A DNA stretch of 64,000 nt from an uncultured Actinomycetota bacterium (GTDB lineage Bacteria; Actinomycetota; Actinomycetes; UBA12327). The notes beneath the pieces are model-generated. The model was not told the origin of the DNA and searched no databases. It was given only the letters and a program-made list of their open reading frames with translations. The position numbers and the translations under genes are program-made. Each line of letters begins with the position of its first letter. Position 1 is the first letter of the stretch. Positions 41,923 through 51,290 of this stretch are shown here, one piece after another. The stretch is from assembly GCA_963850215.1 (NCBI GenBank), contig CAWKKI010000006.1:5535-69534 (forward strand), read 5' to 3'.

Positions 41923-43404
41923 GTGCCGAGCCTGAACGACCTCGTGCGATCTCGAACCGATCTGACCGACGCGGACCTGGACTGGCTGCACAACGTGCTC
42001 GGTGAATGGCAGCTGCTCTCTGACCTGTCTTTCAGTGACCTCGTCATGTGGGCCGTAACCCGCGATGGGCGACGTCTGGTCGCCGTCGCGCAGATGCGTC
42101 CGACAACTGCTCGCACCATGCTCATCGATGACGTCGTGGGCACAGAGGTCGCGCGCGATGCGCAACCTGAGCTGGCGCGAGCTCTGGATCAAGGCACTCT
42201 GACTACGGGCACTTCCGAACGCGTCTGGGACGGCGCGGTGGGCCATGCGTGCGCCACATTCGTGCCGGTTCGGCGGGCCGGTTCGGTTATTGCCGTCATC
42301 GCGCGTTATGGCGAGGACGATGCTGAGACCCCGCGCAGTCCGCTCGAGCGCGCGTACCTAGATGCTGCGGATGCCCTGAGCGCCATGCTGGCTCAAGGCC
42401 GCTTTCCGTTTCCTGCCTTGTTTGTTCACGACGCAGCGACCCCTCGCGTTGGTGATGGACTGATCCGCCTGGACGCGGACGGGATCGTGACCTATGCCAG
42501 CCCGAATGCGGTCTCGGCCTATCGACGGGTCGGTCTGTCCGGTGATCTCGTGGGATGCGACCTTGCCCGGGTCACGGCCGAGATGTCGCCGGACGATGCG
42601 CCGGTCGATGAATCAGCGGCTGCCGTGGTGGCTGGGCGAAGTCCACGGATCGCGGAGGTGGCAGCGCTCGGGACGAATCTGCTTGTCCGTGCGATCCCCC
42701 TGCAGCCAGGTGGTCAGCGCCAGGGCGCGCTCGTGTTGGTTCGCGATGTGACGGAGATGCGCCGGCGGGAGCGAGACAACATCACGCGGGACGCGACCAT
42801 CCGCGAGATTCACCACCGAGTCAAGAACAACCTCCAGACCGTTGCTGCGTTGTTGCGACTGCAGGCACGCCGCCTAGACGAGCCCGAGGCGCGCGAAGCA
42901 CTGCAAGAGGCAGTCAGGCGGGTGGGGTCGATCGCGGTCGTGCACGAGACCTTGTCGCGGACCCCCGACGAGCACGTTGCCTTTGACGACATCGCCGAGC
43001 GGCTGATGGCGATGGTTGTCGATGTGTCTCTGCCGGGGGAGACGCACGGCGTCACGGCCCGTCGCTCGGGAGCGTTCGGAGTGCTACCCGCCGACGTGGC
43101 TACTCCGTTGGCCATGGCCTTGACCGAGCTCATGCAGAACGCGGTCGCCCATGGCCTTGGTCAACGAGGTGGCCAACTGGACCTGCGGGCCAGCCGCACG
43201 GCCGGTCGGCTTCGAGTCGAGGTTGCCGACAACGGTGTCGGCGTGCCCTCCGGCTTTGACCCAGACCGCGACGGAGAACTCGGCCTGCAGATCGTGCGGA
43301 CCTTGGTGATCGGCGAACTGGGGGGCACGGTCACGTTCGAACCCGTGCGCTCCGGGGGGACCCGGGCAGTCGTCGATGTCCCAGTCGGAGGCTGGGCGGT
43401 ATAG
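41923..43404 (+). CDS. pdtaS: Cytosolic sensor histidine kinase PdtaS-like (GAF-PAS-HisKA_2-HATPase)
   Basis: WQLLSDLSFSDL, EIHHRVKNNLQTVAALLRLQARR, ELMQNA and DNGVG motifs. Convergent with whiB1. Confidence 0.92.
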   Translation: MPSLNDLVRSRTDLTDADLDWLHNVLGEWQLLSDLSFSDLVMWAVTRDGRRLVAVAQMRPTTARTMLIDDVVGTEVARDAQPELARALDQGTLTTGTSERVWDGAVGHACATFVPVRRAGSVIAVIARYGEDDAETPRSPLERAYLDAADALSAMLAQGRFPFPALFVHDAATPRVGDGLIRLDADGIVTYASPNAVSAYRRVGLSGDLVGCDLARVTAEMSPDDAPVDESAAAVVAGRSPRIAEVAALGTNLLVRAIPLQPGGQRQGALVLVRDVTEMRRRERDNITRDATIREIHHRVKNNLQTVAALLRLQARRLDEPEAREALQEAVRRVGSIAVVHETLSRTPDEHVAFDDIAERLMAMVVDVSLPGETHGVTARRSGAFGVLPADVATPLAMALTELMQNAVAHGLGQRGGQLDLRASRTAGRLRVEVADNGVGVPSGFDPDRDGELGLQIVRTLVIGELGGTVTFEPVRSGGTRAVVDVPVGGWAV

Positions 43405-43411
43405 CCGCTGG

Positions 43412-43666
43412 TTACTGGGCGCTGCGAGCGCGCATGCGCGCATTGCGGCGCTTGAGTGCGCGTCGCTCGTCCTCGCTCAGGCCGCCCCAGACCCCCGCGT
43501 CCTGCCCGCTTTCCAGCGCCCATTGGAGGCAGGCCTCACGGACGGAACACCGGTGGCACACGGCCTTGGCCTCTTCGATCTGAACGAGGGCCGGACCGGT
43601 GTTGCCAATGGGGAAGAACAACTCAGGGTCCTCGTCACGGCAGGCAGCCTCGTGGCGCCAGTCCAT
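43412..43666 (-). CDS. whiB1: WhiB1/WblE Fe-S transcription regulator
   Basis: MDWRHEAACRDEDPELFFPIGNTGPA..C..C..C..GVWGG. Confidence 0.95.
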   Translation of the reverse strand: MDWRHEAACRDEDPELFFPIGNTGPALVQIEEAKAVCHRCSVREACLQWALESGQDAGVWGGLSEDERRALKRRNARMRARSAQ

Positions 43667-43706
43667 GCGGTTCTCCTTGACTAGGCAGGGCGGGTCGCGC
43701 CCCGCT

Positions 43707-43722
43707 TGTGAATCCATTCACG
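43707..43722. promoter_or_regulatory. CRP-like binding site upstream of whiB1
   Basis: TGTGA-ATCCAT-TCACG, one mismatch to TGTGA-N6-TCACA. Confidence 0.55.
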
Positions 43723-43975
43723 ATCACCGTGTCCGGCCAGGTCTGCCGAAAGCGATGATGTGGATGAGAACGGTACGGACGCTGTTGGTGTTCCGCCGGG
43801 ATTGCCGACGGAGTCACGAGAGCGTCCGCGACCGGCTGTAACCGATCGGAAACGACCCAATCACGCAGGCCAAACTCGTTCAAGGGCTTTGGGCTGGTAG
43901 TTGTCAGACTGTTGTGTCGCGTCGGTCACATTCCTGGACGAAGCCGGCCCGCGCGGTGCCAGCCGGGCCCTGGGC

Positions 43976-44656
43976 CTAAGGCAGCCGCCAGTTCACGGGC
44001 TCGGCGCCACACGAGGTGAGCGCGTCGTTGACCCGGCTGAAGGGCCGGGAGCCGAAGAATCCGCGGTCGGCCGACATGGGACTCGGGTGGGCGCTCACAA
44101 CTGTGGGGGTCTCCGCCAGGGCCGGCCGCAGGGTCTGGGCATCGCGCCCCCAGAGGATGGCCACGAGCGGCCGGTCGCGGGCGACCAGGGCGGCGATGGC
44201 CTGATCCGTGACTGCCTCCCACCCCTTCCCTCGATGGGATCCGGGCGCGCCAGGGGCAACCGTGAGCACTCGATTCAACAGCAGGACACCGTGTTGAGCC
44301 CACGGACTCAGGTCTCCCGAGGTGGGCGCGGGCAGGTTCAAGTCATTGCTGTACTCGGTGAAGATGTTGCCCAACGAACGCGGCAGCGGTCGGGTCGTCG
44401 CAGTGACCGAGAAGGACAGGCCGACCGCATGTCCGGGTGTCGGGTAGGGGTCCTGACCAACGATGAGTACCCGCACGTCATCGAATGGCTGCGAGAAGGC
44501 GCGCAGCACGCGCGGCCCCTCTGGAAGGTAGCCACGACCGGCCGCTATCTCCTCGCGCAAGAACACTCCCATTGCAGTGATGTTCTGGGCAACGGGTTGG
44601 AGTGCAGGCACCCAGGACTCATGGACAAGCTGGTCGAGAGATGCGGGAGATGGCAT
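43976..44656 (-). CDS. ung: Uracil-DNA glycosylase (family 1)
   Basis: GQDPYP, GLSFSV, GVLLLN and HPSPMS motifs. Confidence 0.95.
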   Translation of the reverse strand: MPSPASLDQLVHESWVPALQPVAQNITAMGVFLREEIAAGRGYLPEGPRVLRAFSQPFDDVRVLIVGQDPYPTPGHAVGLSFSVTATTRPLPRSLGNIFTEYSNDLNLPAPTSGDLSPWAQHGVLLLNRVLTVAPGAPGSHRGKGWEAVTDQAIAALVARDRPLVAILWGRDAQTLRPALAETPTVVSAHPSPMSADRGFFGSRPFSRVNDALTSCGAEPVNWRLP

Positions 44657-45585
44657 CAGATCACCACGCGCAACGCGCGCGGTGACGCGCGGAACTCCGC
44701 TTCGTTGACGCGACCCAAGTGATCGCCGTCGACTTGTAGATCGATCGGATTCTCCGACCGAAACGACAGCGCGTCTTGATCGTGCAGCACGAGCACGTCC
44801 TTACCGTGCGGCGGTCGTCCGACCACGACGAGGTCGGTGACGTGACGCAACATCGCGGGTACGGGCATGCCGCGTAGAGCAAACAGATCAAGGCCGGTGT
44901 CGAAAGATGCTTCCGGGCATGGGTCAACAGGGCGATTGCCGATGAACGTCCACGGCGAGGTGTTCTGGATGATGCCGAGGAACAGGCTGGACTCGTCCGG
45001 GTGCACAAGAGAGAGCCCTGGCTCCTGGCGATGGTCGCGGCGGATGTACCGATCAAACGCTGCCTGCACGTACATCATGGAGCTGCTGCGCGCGCCCCTG
45101 GCTCGTCGACGCTCGACCTCGGCGACGACCTCAGCGTCGAATCCCAGTCCAGCGGCAAAGGTGAACCAACGGTCCTCCTCAGCCTCCCGTATGACGGTTC
45201 CTAAACCGATGACGCGAGATGAGTCCTCGTGCAACGCCTCGATGAGCACGCCGGCCGCGTCCAAGGGTGAGGTCGGCATCCCGAGCGCTCGTGCGAACAC
45301 GTTGCCGTCGCCACCGGGCAGGACGCCGAAGCGGGGGAGGTCGGGGTGCGGCCCCTCGGCAAGGAGCCCGTTGACGACTTCGTTGACCGTGCCGTCGCCG
45401 CCGAGCGCCAGCACGACGTCGAAGTCGTCCTGAACCGCGCGGCGTGCCAGTTCAACGGCATGCGCGCGGTAGGCCGTCTCGGAGACCTGCACGTGGAAGT
45501 CGGCACGCATCGCCTTAACGATCACGTCGCGCGCACGAGCAGTGGTAGTGGTCGCACGCGGATTCACTACGAGGAGGGCTCGCAC
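44656..45585 (-). CDS. Diacylglycerol kinase family protein
   Basis: [24 protein letters not shown] and QVDGD motifs. Confidence 0.92.
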   Translation of the reverse strand: MRALLVVNPRATTTTARARDVIVKAMRADFHVQVSETAYRAHAVELARRAVQDDFDVVLALGGDGTVNEVVNGLLAEGPHPDLPRFGVLPGGDGNVFARALGMPTSPLDAAGVLIEALHEDSSRVIGLGTVIREAEEDRWFTFAAGLGFDAEVVAEVERRRARGARSSSMMYVQAAFDRYIRRDHRQEPGLSLVHPDESSLFLGIIQNTSPWTFIGNRPVDPCPEASFDTGLDLFALRGMPVPAMLRHVTDLVVVGRPPHGKDVLVLHDQDALSFRSENPIDLQVDGDHLGRVNEAEFRASPRALRVVI

Positions 45586-45624
45586 GGCGCTCAGGCTAGC
45601 GAGGTGTCGCATAGGGTGCGCTGC

Positions 45625-46029
45625 GTGGAGCGCGGCCGGCAATTACTGCGCGTCGCGGCCGCCGTGCTGTTCCTGCAGGGGGCGGCGCTGCTGGCGCTGG
45701 GGGTTTACATCCTCGTTGAATTGTTCGTGTCGACTGCCCAGCGCACGTCGACCGCAATCGTTGAGGTGCTTCTATACGCCGTCATGACGGCCTGCTTGTG
45801 GCTGGTGGCGCGTGGGCTTTGGCGGGCGCGACGTTGGGCCCGATCACCGGCTGTGGTCGTGCAGGTTGTTGCTGGCTTCGCATCGATCAACATGATCGAG
45901 GGCGATGGCGCCGCGCCATGGGTCGGAGTCCTCGTGCTGGTGACGGCCCTGGTTGCCTTCGTTGCGTTGCTCACCCCGCCCGTGACGCGCGAACTGGCTT
46001 CGCCGGCCGATTCGGATGCCGACGCCTAG
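45625..46029 (+). CDS. Four-TM membrane protein
   Basis: Hydrophobic helices with an RRWARSPAVVVQ motif typical of the gene beside actinobacterial DAGK/whiB1. Confidence 0.75.
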   Translation: MERGRQLLRVAAAVLFLQGAALLALGVYILVELFVSTAQRTSTAIVEVLLYAVMTACLWLVARGLWRARRWARSPAVVVQVVAGFASINMIEGDGAAPWVGVLVLVTALVAFVALLTPPVTRELASPADSDADA

Positions 46030-46817
46030 TTCTCCTGCATCGCATCGCGCAGATTGCGCAGGGTTCGTGCGAGCAGCCGCGAGACATGCATCTGCGAGAT
46101 GCCAAGCTCCTCGGCGATCTGGCTTTGCGTCTTGTTCTCGAAGAAACGAAGCATGATGATGCGCCGTTCGCGAGGGGGCAGCGCATCGAGCAGCGGTCGC
46201 ACCGTCTCTTGGTCGTTGATCGCGTTGAGTCGATTGTCATCGACGGCGAGGGTGTCGATGATCGTCGTGCCCTCACCGACTGGCGCATCGAGCGGCACGG
46301 TGCTGTAGGCGGCTGCCGATTCGATGGCTTCGATGATGTCGTCCTCGGTCACCTCGAGGGCCGCGGCGAGCTCGGGAACCGTAGGCGTGCGACCGAGTTC
46401 GTGCGTCATAGCCGCACTTACCCGGTTGATGCCCATGCCGAGGTCTTGCAGTCTTCGCGGGACGCGCACCGACCATGTGCGGTCGCGGAAGTGGCGCTTG
46501 AGCTCGCCAAGAATCGTGGGCGTAGCAAACGTCGATAGCTCAAGACCGCGTTCGGGCTCGAACCGGTCGATGGCCTTGATCAGTCCTACAACCGCGACTT
46601 GCTGCAGGTCGTCAAGCGGCTCGCCTCGACCGTCGAAGCGGCGCGCGAGGTGGCGGGCCAGAGGCAGGTTGAGCTGCACGGCCTCGTCGCGCAGCCGAGT
46701 TCGGGCAGGGTCATCTGCTGACAGCGTCGCCATCTCGACCAAGAGCGCGCGCGTCTGCGCCTTCTGGCGTTCGCGGCCGGAATCGACGGCCGTGGACGCG
46801 GTGTCTTCGATCGTCAT
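46026..46817 (-). CDS. SigB/SigF/SigG family sigma factor
   Basis: GEPLDDLQQV..GLIKAIDRF, PTILGELKRHFRD..VRVPRRLQ and TQSQIAEELGISQMHVSRL. Confidence 0.95.
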   Translation of the reverse strand: MTIEDTASTAVDSGRERQKAQTRALLVEMATLSADDPARTRLRDEAVQLNLPLARHLARRFDGRGEPLDDLQQVAVVGLIKAIDRFEPERGLELSTFATPTILGELKRHFRDRTWSVRVPRRLQDLGMGINRVSAAMTHELGRTPTVPELAAALEVTEDDIIEAIESAAAYSTVPLDAPVGEGTTIIDTLAVDDNRLNAINDQETVRPLLDALPPRERRIIMLRFFENKTQSQIAEELGISQMHVSRLLARTLRNLRDAMQEN

Positions 46818-47263
46818 CCCGTGACGGCCAAGTCCTTAGCCAGCGACATGCGCAGGACGCTGCGTCCGTCCGTCGTGTCGATCGATGCAGACACGGACGT
46901 GACTAGGGCGCAGAGCACGGTCCAGGCGAACGAGTCCTCAGCTGGGACATCTGCATCGGACCGCGCCGCCGCTTCGATATCGACGTGGAAAGCGCCTTTG
47001 GGGGCGCTCAAGGTGAACGTGAGAGGCCCGGACGCGAGTGGGAGCGCACACGAGAAGGCCTCGTCGACCGCGATGCGGGTGTCCTCGATCTCATCGAGGG
47101 TGGCTCCGTGTCGCGCGATGAGCGTTGCGCCGAGATTGCGGACGATGGACACGTACCAGGCCTCGGGGGGAACCGTGAGGGTGACTGTTGACAGAGCGGG
47201 GTCCTGCGCGGTCCTGCCCACCAACGTGCCTGGTCGTGCCGGTGTCGCAGGGGTCGAAGTCAC
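46814..47263 (-). CDS. Anti-sigma factor (RsbW-like HATPase)
   Basis: LDEIEDTRIAVDEA and FAWTVL motifs. Directly upstream of the sigma gene. Confidence 0.85.
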   Translation of the reverse strand: MTSTPATPARPGTLVGRTAQDPALSTVTLTVPPEAWYVSIVRNLGATLIARHGATLDEIEDTRIAVDEAFSCALPLASGPLTFTLSAPKGAFHVDIEAAARSDADVPAEDSFAWTVLCALVTSVSASIDTTDGRSVLRMSLAKDLAVTG

Positions 47264-47569
47264 GACAGCACCATCTCCCGTCCGGGCCTGGCCGAGCCTC
47301 GCAGCATCGCGATCGGACCCAGGCTAGAGGGTGGATCGGGGTGCTCGCTGAGTCTCATGAAACGCGCTCGGCCCGACCCGGGCTCGCGCGATTTGGCAAT
47401 TGTCCAATGTGTACACCCGCACCCATCCGTCCGTTGCATCGCTTGTGTACGCGTCGATGTGGTTGCAACCCGCGCAGCACAGGTCGAGGCGATGCAGGAA
47501 CTCATACAAGCGATGCAAGGCGAACCGGCCCGATGCAAGGGCCGGGTGGTTCGAGTGGGTCGACGGCGT

Positions 47570-47971
47570 TTAGGCCTTCTTCGTCTCCCAGAAGATGTCG
47601 GCGATCTCGTCAATCTTCGCCAGCAGTTCGTCAGCCTTTGCGACATCGACCGTGCCCTTGGTGCCGCCGGCACCGGCGAGCTTGGTCGCTTCGTTGACCA
47701 GCCCGTGCAGCTGCGGGTACTTCTCGAAGTGCGGCGGCTTGAAGTAGTCGGTCCACAGCACCCAGAGGTGCTCCTTAACGAGGTTCGAGCGCTGCTCCTT
47801 GATGAAGATGCAGCGGGCCTTGAAGGCGGGGTCATCACTGTCGTTGTACTTCTCGATGATCGCCTTGACCGACTGCGCCTCGATGCGGGCCTGGGCGGGG
47901 TCGTAGACACCGCAGGGCAGGTCGCAGTGGGCATGCACGACGGTCTTCGGGGCTAGCAGTCGGCGGAGCAT
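47570..47971 (-). CDS. sodN: Nickel superoxide dismutase precursor
   Basis: Leader followed by the Ni-hook HCDLPCGVYDPA; HLWVLWTDYFK. Confidence 0.97.
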   Translation of the reverse strand: MLRRLLAPKTVVHAHCDLPCGVYDPAQARIEAQSVKAIIEKYNDSDDPAFKARCIFIKEQRSNLVKEHLWVLWTDYFKPPHFEKYPQLHGLVNEATKLAGAGGTKGTVDVAKADELLAKIDEIADIFWETKKA

Positions 47972-48106
47972 GGCCGTCCCTTCGTCAGATTTCCTTCTCG
48001 AATGCCACGCGAGTCGCGTAGCGATCTTCGACCGACACTACCGCCGAAGTCGGGCGAACGGAGTGGGGGAGATCACCGTCAGTAACCGAGTTACGCATGA
48101 ACCGCA

Positions 48107-48595
48107 TTGACCACCTCGATTGGCCGAACGGGCATTGATCCCGACTCCGACACACGGCCTCGATCAGTCCGTGCCAGGGTGCATGTCGTGGCCGCTCTCG
48201 GTACATCGCAACCAGGACAGCACCGCTGGCCGTGGCGGCGGGTCGCCGTCGATGGCGAGTCGATGCTGCCGAGCTTCAGGCCGGGCGACTGGCTTGTCGT
48301 CCGTCGCGGTGGTCGCCCGATTCGTACGGGTGACGTCGTTGTTGCGGTGCGGCCTGACCGGACAGCGCTCCTGATCGTCAAGCGAGCCGTTCGTCGTGAC
48401 GGACAATCGTGGTGGCTGCTGGGCGACAACGCACAGAGCAGCGACGACAGCAGGCTGTTTGGCGCGGTCCCTGACGCCAACATCGTCGGACGCGTTGCGT
48501 TTCGCTACTGGCCGCTGCGCCGCCGGCGCACTCAAGTTGCGGCTACAGAACCTTCGACAGGAACGAACGAGTCCGCTCGTGCTGCGGGTTCGTAA
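48107..48595 (+). CDS. sodX: Ni-SOD maturation peptidase (S26 family); start uncertain
   Basis: V.GESMLP, GDWL, IVKR, WWLLGDN..SDDSR.FG motifs. Divergent from sodN. Confidence 0.88.
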   Translation: MTTSIGRTGIDPDSDTRPRSVRARVHVVAALGTSQPGQHRWPWRRVAVDGESMLPSFRPGDWLVVRRGGRPIRTGDVVVAVRPDRTALLIVKRAVRRDGQSWWLLGDNAQSSDDSRLFGAVPDANIVGRVAFRYWPLRRRRTQVAATEPSTGTNESARAAGS

Positions 48596-48785
48596 GGACT
48601 TCGCGCGGCTCGCCCGACTCGACGATGACCCCGTCGTCCATAAAGACCAACTGGTCGCCGGCTTCGCGGGCGAACCCCATCTCGTGGGTGACCACAACCA
48701 TCGTCATGCCCTCTTCGGCGAGCGTGCGCATCACGTCCAGGCCGGCAACGGCCACGTACGTGCGGCGGCGGTTTCTGAAGTTCAC
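48543..48785 (-). pseudogene. Remnant of a polar amino-acid ABC operon: signal-peptide-like start fused to the ATPase C-terminus
   Basis: LDVMRTLAEEGMTMVVVTHEMGFARE...HERTRSFLSKVL (H-loop onwards), with no Walker A, Walker B or signature motif. Confidence 0.8.
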
Positions 48786-48890
48786 AAGTCCTCCTGCAAT
48801 GTATGAATGTTGCGGTGATCCTGCCCCGCCGAGCCGTTGGGTGATTGACCACTGTGTCAAGATTCGAACACGTATTGGACGGAGCGCGTT

Positions 48891-50078
48891 GTGGCTGGTT
48901 CAGCTGAGAGTTCGGATGCCAAGGAGCGGGATCCGCGCGCCGATGACCCCATCTTCGCCCTGCATCGAGGTGGCAAGGTCGAGGTCCGGTCAACGGTTGG
49001 AGAGTTGGATGCTGCCCTTCTAGCTGCTGCTTACACGCCGGGAGTTGCCGAGGTATGCCTCGCGATCGCGGCCGATCCTTCGCTCGCCGATCTCTACACC
49101 TGGCGTCACCACACCGTCGCCGTTGTGACGGACGGGAGCGCCGTGCTCGGGCTTGGCGACATCGGGCCAGCGGCGGCGTTGCCCGTCATGGAGGGCAAGG
49201 CGCTGCTCTTCAAGGAACTTGGCGGTGTTGATGCCGTGCCCATCTGCCTCGATGCACGCGAGGTCGACGACATCGTGGCGACTGTGCAGCGACTGGCACC
49301 GTCGTTTGGCGGGATAAACCTTGAGGACATTTCTGCGCCGCGTTGCTTCGAGATCGAGCGCCGCCTTCGCGACACGTTGTCCATCCCCGTCTTCCACGAC
49401 GACCAGCACGGCACAGCGGTTGTCGTGCTCGCTGCGCTCAAGAACGCCGCCCGTCTGACCGGACGCGACCTGAGCGACCTTCGAGTTGTCATGTCTGGCG
49501 CGGGTGCTGCGGGTGTCGCGGTGTGCGCAATCTTGCAGAACGCAGGCATTGGCGATGTCGCAGTCGCGGACCGCCGAGGGATTATTCATGTGGGTCGCAC
49601 CGATCTCACTGACGTGAAGGAAGCGTTGGCTCGACGAACGAACAAAGCGGGGCTCACCGGCACGCTCGAGGAAGCGATGTCGGGCGCCGACGTCTTTGTC
49701 GGTGTCTCGGGCGGGCACGTTTCAGAGGAAGCCGTCGCGTCCATGGCCAAGGACGCGATCGTCTTTGCCTTGGCCAACCCCGAACCTGAAATCCACCCCG
49801 ACATCGCCAACAAGTACGCGGCCGTAGTCGCCACCGGTCGAAGCGACTTCCCGAACCAGATCAACAACGTGCTTGCCTTCCCCGGCATCTTCAAAGGGGC
49901 GCTGACGGCGGGGGCTCCGAGCATCACCGAGCAGATGAAGGTGGTCGCTGCTCAGGCGATCGCCGACGTGGTCGGCGACGACCTCGCATCGGACTACGTG
50001 ATACCGGACGCTCTCGACCCGCGAGTCGCGCCGGCCGTTGCAGTCGCGGTTGAGCACTGCGTACGCCGCGAGACCTGA
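48891..50078 (+). CDS. NAD(P)-dependent malic enzyme (short type)
   Basis: AYTPGVA, VTDGSAVLGLG, MEGK, NLEDI, FHDDQHGT, GAGAAG and ATGRSDFPNQINN motifs. Confidence 0.95.
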   Translation: MAGSAESSDAKERDPRADDPIFALHRGGKVEVRSTVGELDAALLAAAYTPGVAEVCLAIAADPSLADLYTWRHHTVAVVTDGSAVLGLGDIGPAAALPVMEGKALLFKELGGVDAVPICLDAREVDDIVATVQRLAPSFGGINLEDISAPRCFEIERRLRDTLSIPVFHDDQHGTAVVVLAALKNAARLTGRDLSDLRVVMSGAGAAGVAVCAILQNAGIGDVAVADRRGIIHVGRTDLTDVKEALARRTNKAGLTGTLEEAMSGADVFVGVSGGHVSEEAVASMAKDAIVFALANPEPEIHPDIANKYAAVVATGRSDFPNQINNVLAFPGIFKGALTAGAPSITEQMKVVAAQAIADVVGDDLASDYVIPDALDPRVAPAVAVAVEHCVRRET

Positions 50079-50120
50079 CCCGTTTCGCCGCGCACGCGTG
50101 CCATCTGGTTGGCTCGTCGC

Positions 50121-51092
50121 ATGTTTGCAGTGACTGCCGAACGACCCAATCCCGATTCGCCGTTAACCGGACTTGCCCTCGGCGAGCATGCCGATCCCGA
50201 ACCGCACGACGACTGGGTGCTGGTGACGGTGAAGGCTGCGAGCCTCAACCATCACGATCTCTTCACGCTCAAGGGCGTAGGCATCACGGACGAACGCTTT
50301 CCGATGATCCTTGGTTGCGATGCCGCAGGCGTCGACGACCGTGGCAACGAAGTGGTTGTCCATGCCGTGATTGGTGATCCCGCAGCAGGCGGTGGCGACG
50401 AGACATTGGACCCCAACCGCTCGTTGCTGTCCGAGGTCTATGACGGGACGATGGCCGAGCAAGTGCTCGTCCCGCGGGCCAATCTCGTGCCCAAGCCCAG
50501 AGGCCTTTCCTTCGCAGAGGCCGCGTGCATGCCCACAGCCTGGCTCACGGCGTACCGAATGTTGTTCGTGAAGAGCGGGCTGCGCCCAGGCCAGACCGTG
50601 CTGGTCCAGGGGGCTGGTGGCGGAGTCTCGACCGCGCTCGTGTCACTCGCGCGCGCCGCCGGACTGAAGGTGTGGGTGACCAGCCGCTCGGATGAGAAGC
50701 GAATGCGAGCGGTGCACGAGCTCGGCGCCCACGCGGCGTTTGAGGCGGGCGCCCGCCTTCCCGATCGGGTCGATGCGGTCATGGAGAGCGTGGGCGAGGC
50801 GACCTGGTCGCACTCCTTGAAATCGCTCAAGCCGGGTGGGCGCATCGTTGTGTGCGGCGCGACGTCCGGCCCCGCTCCGCATGAAGAGCTGGCCCGCGTC
50901 TTCTTCCTGCAGTTGTCCGTCGTCGGCTCCACGATGGGTACTCGCAGTGAACTCGTGTCGCTGCTGCAGATGTGTCAGAGCAACCAGCTCAAGCCGCTTA
51001 TCGACTCAACCTTCAGTGCGCAGGATGCGCGCGAGGCGTTCGAACGGCTCGAGTCCGGCGAGGCGTTCGGCAAGGTGGTGCTGACCTTCTAG
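50121..51092 (+). CDS. Zinc-binding dehydrogenase / quinone oxidoreductase family
   Basis: SLNHHD, ILGCDAAG, LTAYRML, QGAGGGV and GSTMG motifs. Confidence 0.9.
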   Translation: MFAVTAERPNPDSPLTGLALGEHADPEPHDDWVLVTVKAASLNHHDLFTLKGVGITDERFPMILGCDAAGVDDRGNEVVVHAVIGDPAAGGGDETLDPNRSLLSEVYDGTMAEQVLVPRANLVPKPRGLSFAEAACMPTAWLTAYRMLFVKSGLRPGQTVLVQGAGGGVSTALVSLARAAGLKVWVTSRSDEKRMRAVHELGAHAAFEAGARLPDRVDAVMESVGEATWSHSLKSLKPGGRIVVCGATSGPAPHEELARVFFLQLSVVGSTMGTRSELVSLLQMCQSNQLKPLIDSTFSAQDAREAFERLESGEAFGKVVLTF

Positions 51093-51277
51093 GCGAGGTC
51101 CTCGACGTCGGCGTCGCCTTCCCTGGCCAACCAAGTGGCGAGGCGTTCAACGGCAGTCTCGAAGTCGGGGTGCTCGTCGACGAACTCCTGCAGGCGGCCG
51201 GCAAGCCAGGTCAACGTGACCGTTTCTTCGCCACGCCGCGATTCGAGTTCTTCGATGCCGCGGTCGGTGAAGTACAT
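51089..51277 (-). CDS. DUF6104-type small conserved actinobacterial protein
   Basis: MYFTDRGIEELESRRGEE..WLA..L.EFVD.HPDFETAVERLATWLAR, downstream of kgd. Confidence 0.85.
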   Translation of the reverse strand: MYFTDRGIEELESRRGEETVTLTWLAGRLQEFVDEHPDFETAVERLATWLAREGDADVEDLA

Positions 51278-51290
51278 ATGCGAGGGCCGA

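Noticed and set aside
47260-47956. ORFs 47260..47934 (-) and 47357..47956 (+)
   Set aside because: Alternative frames overlapping sodN with no protein motifs.
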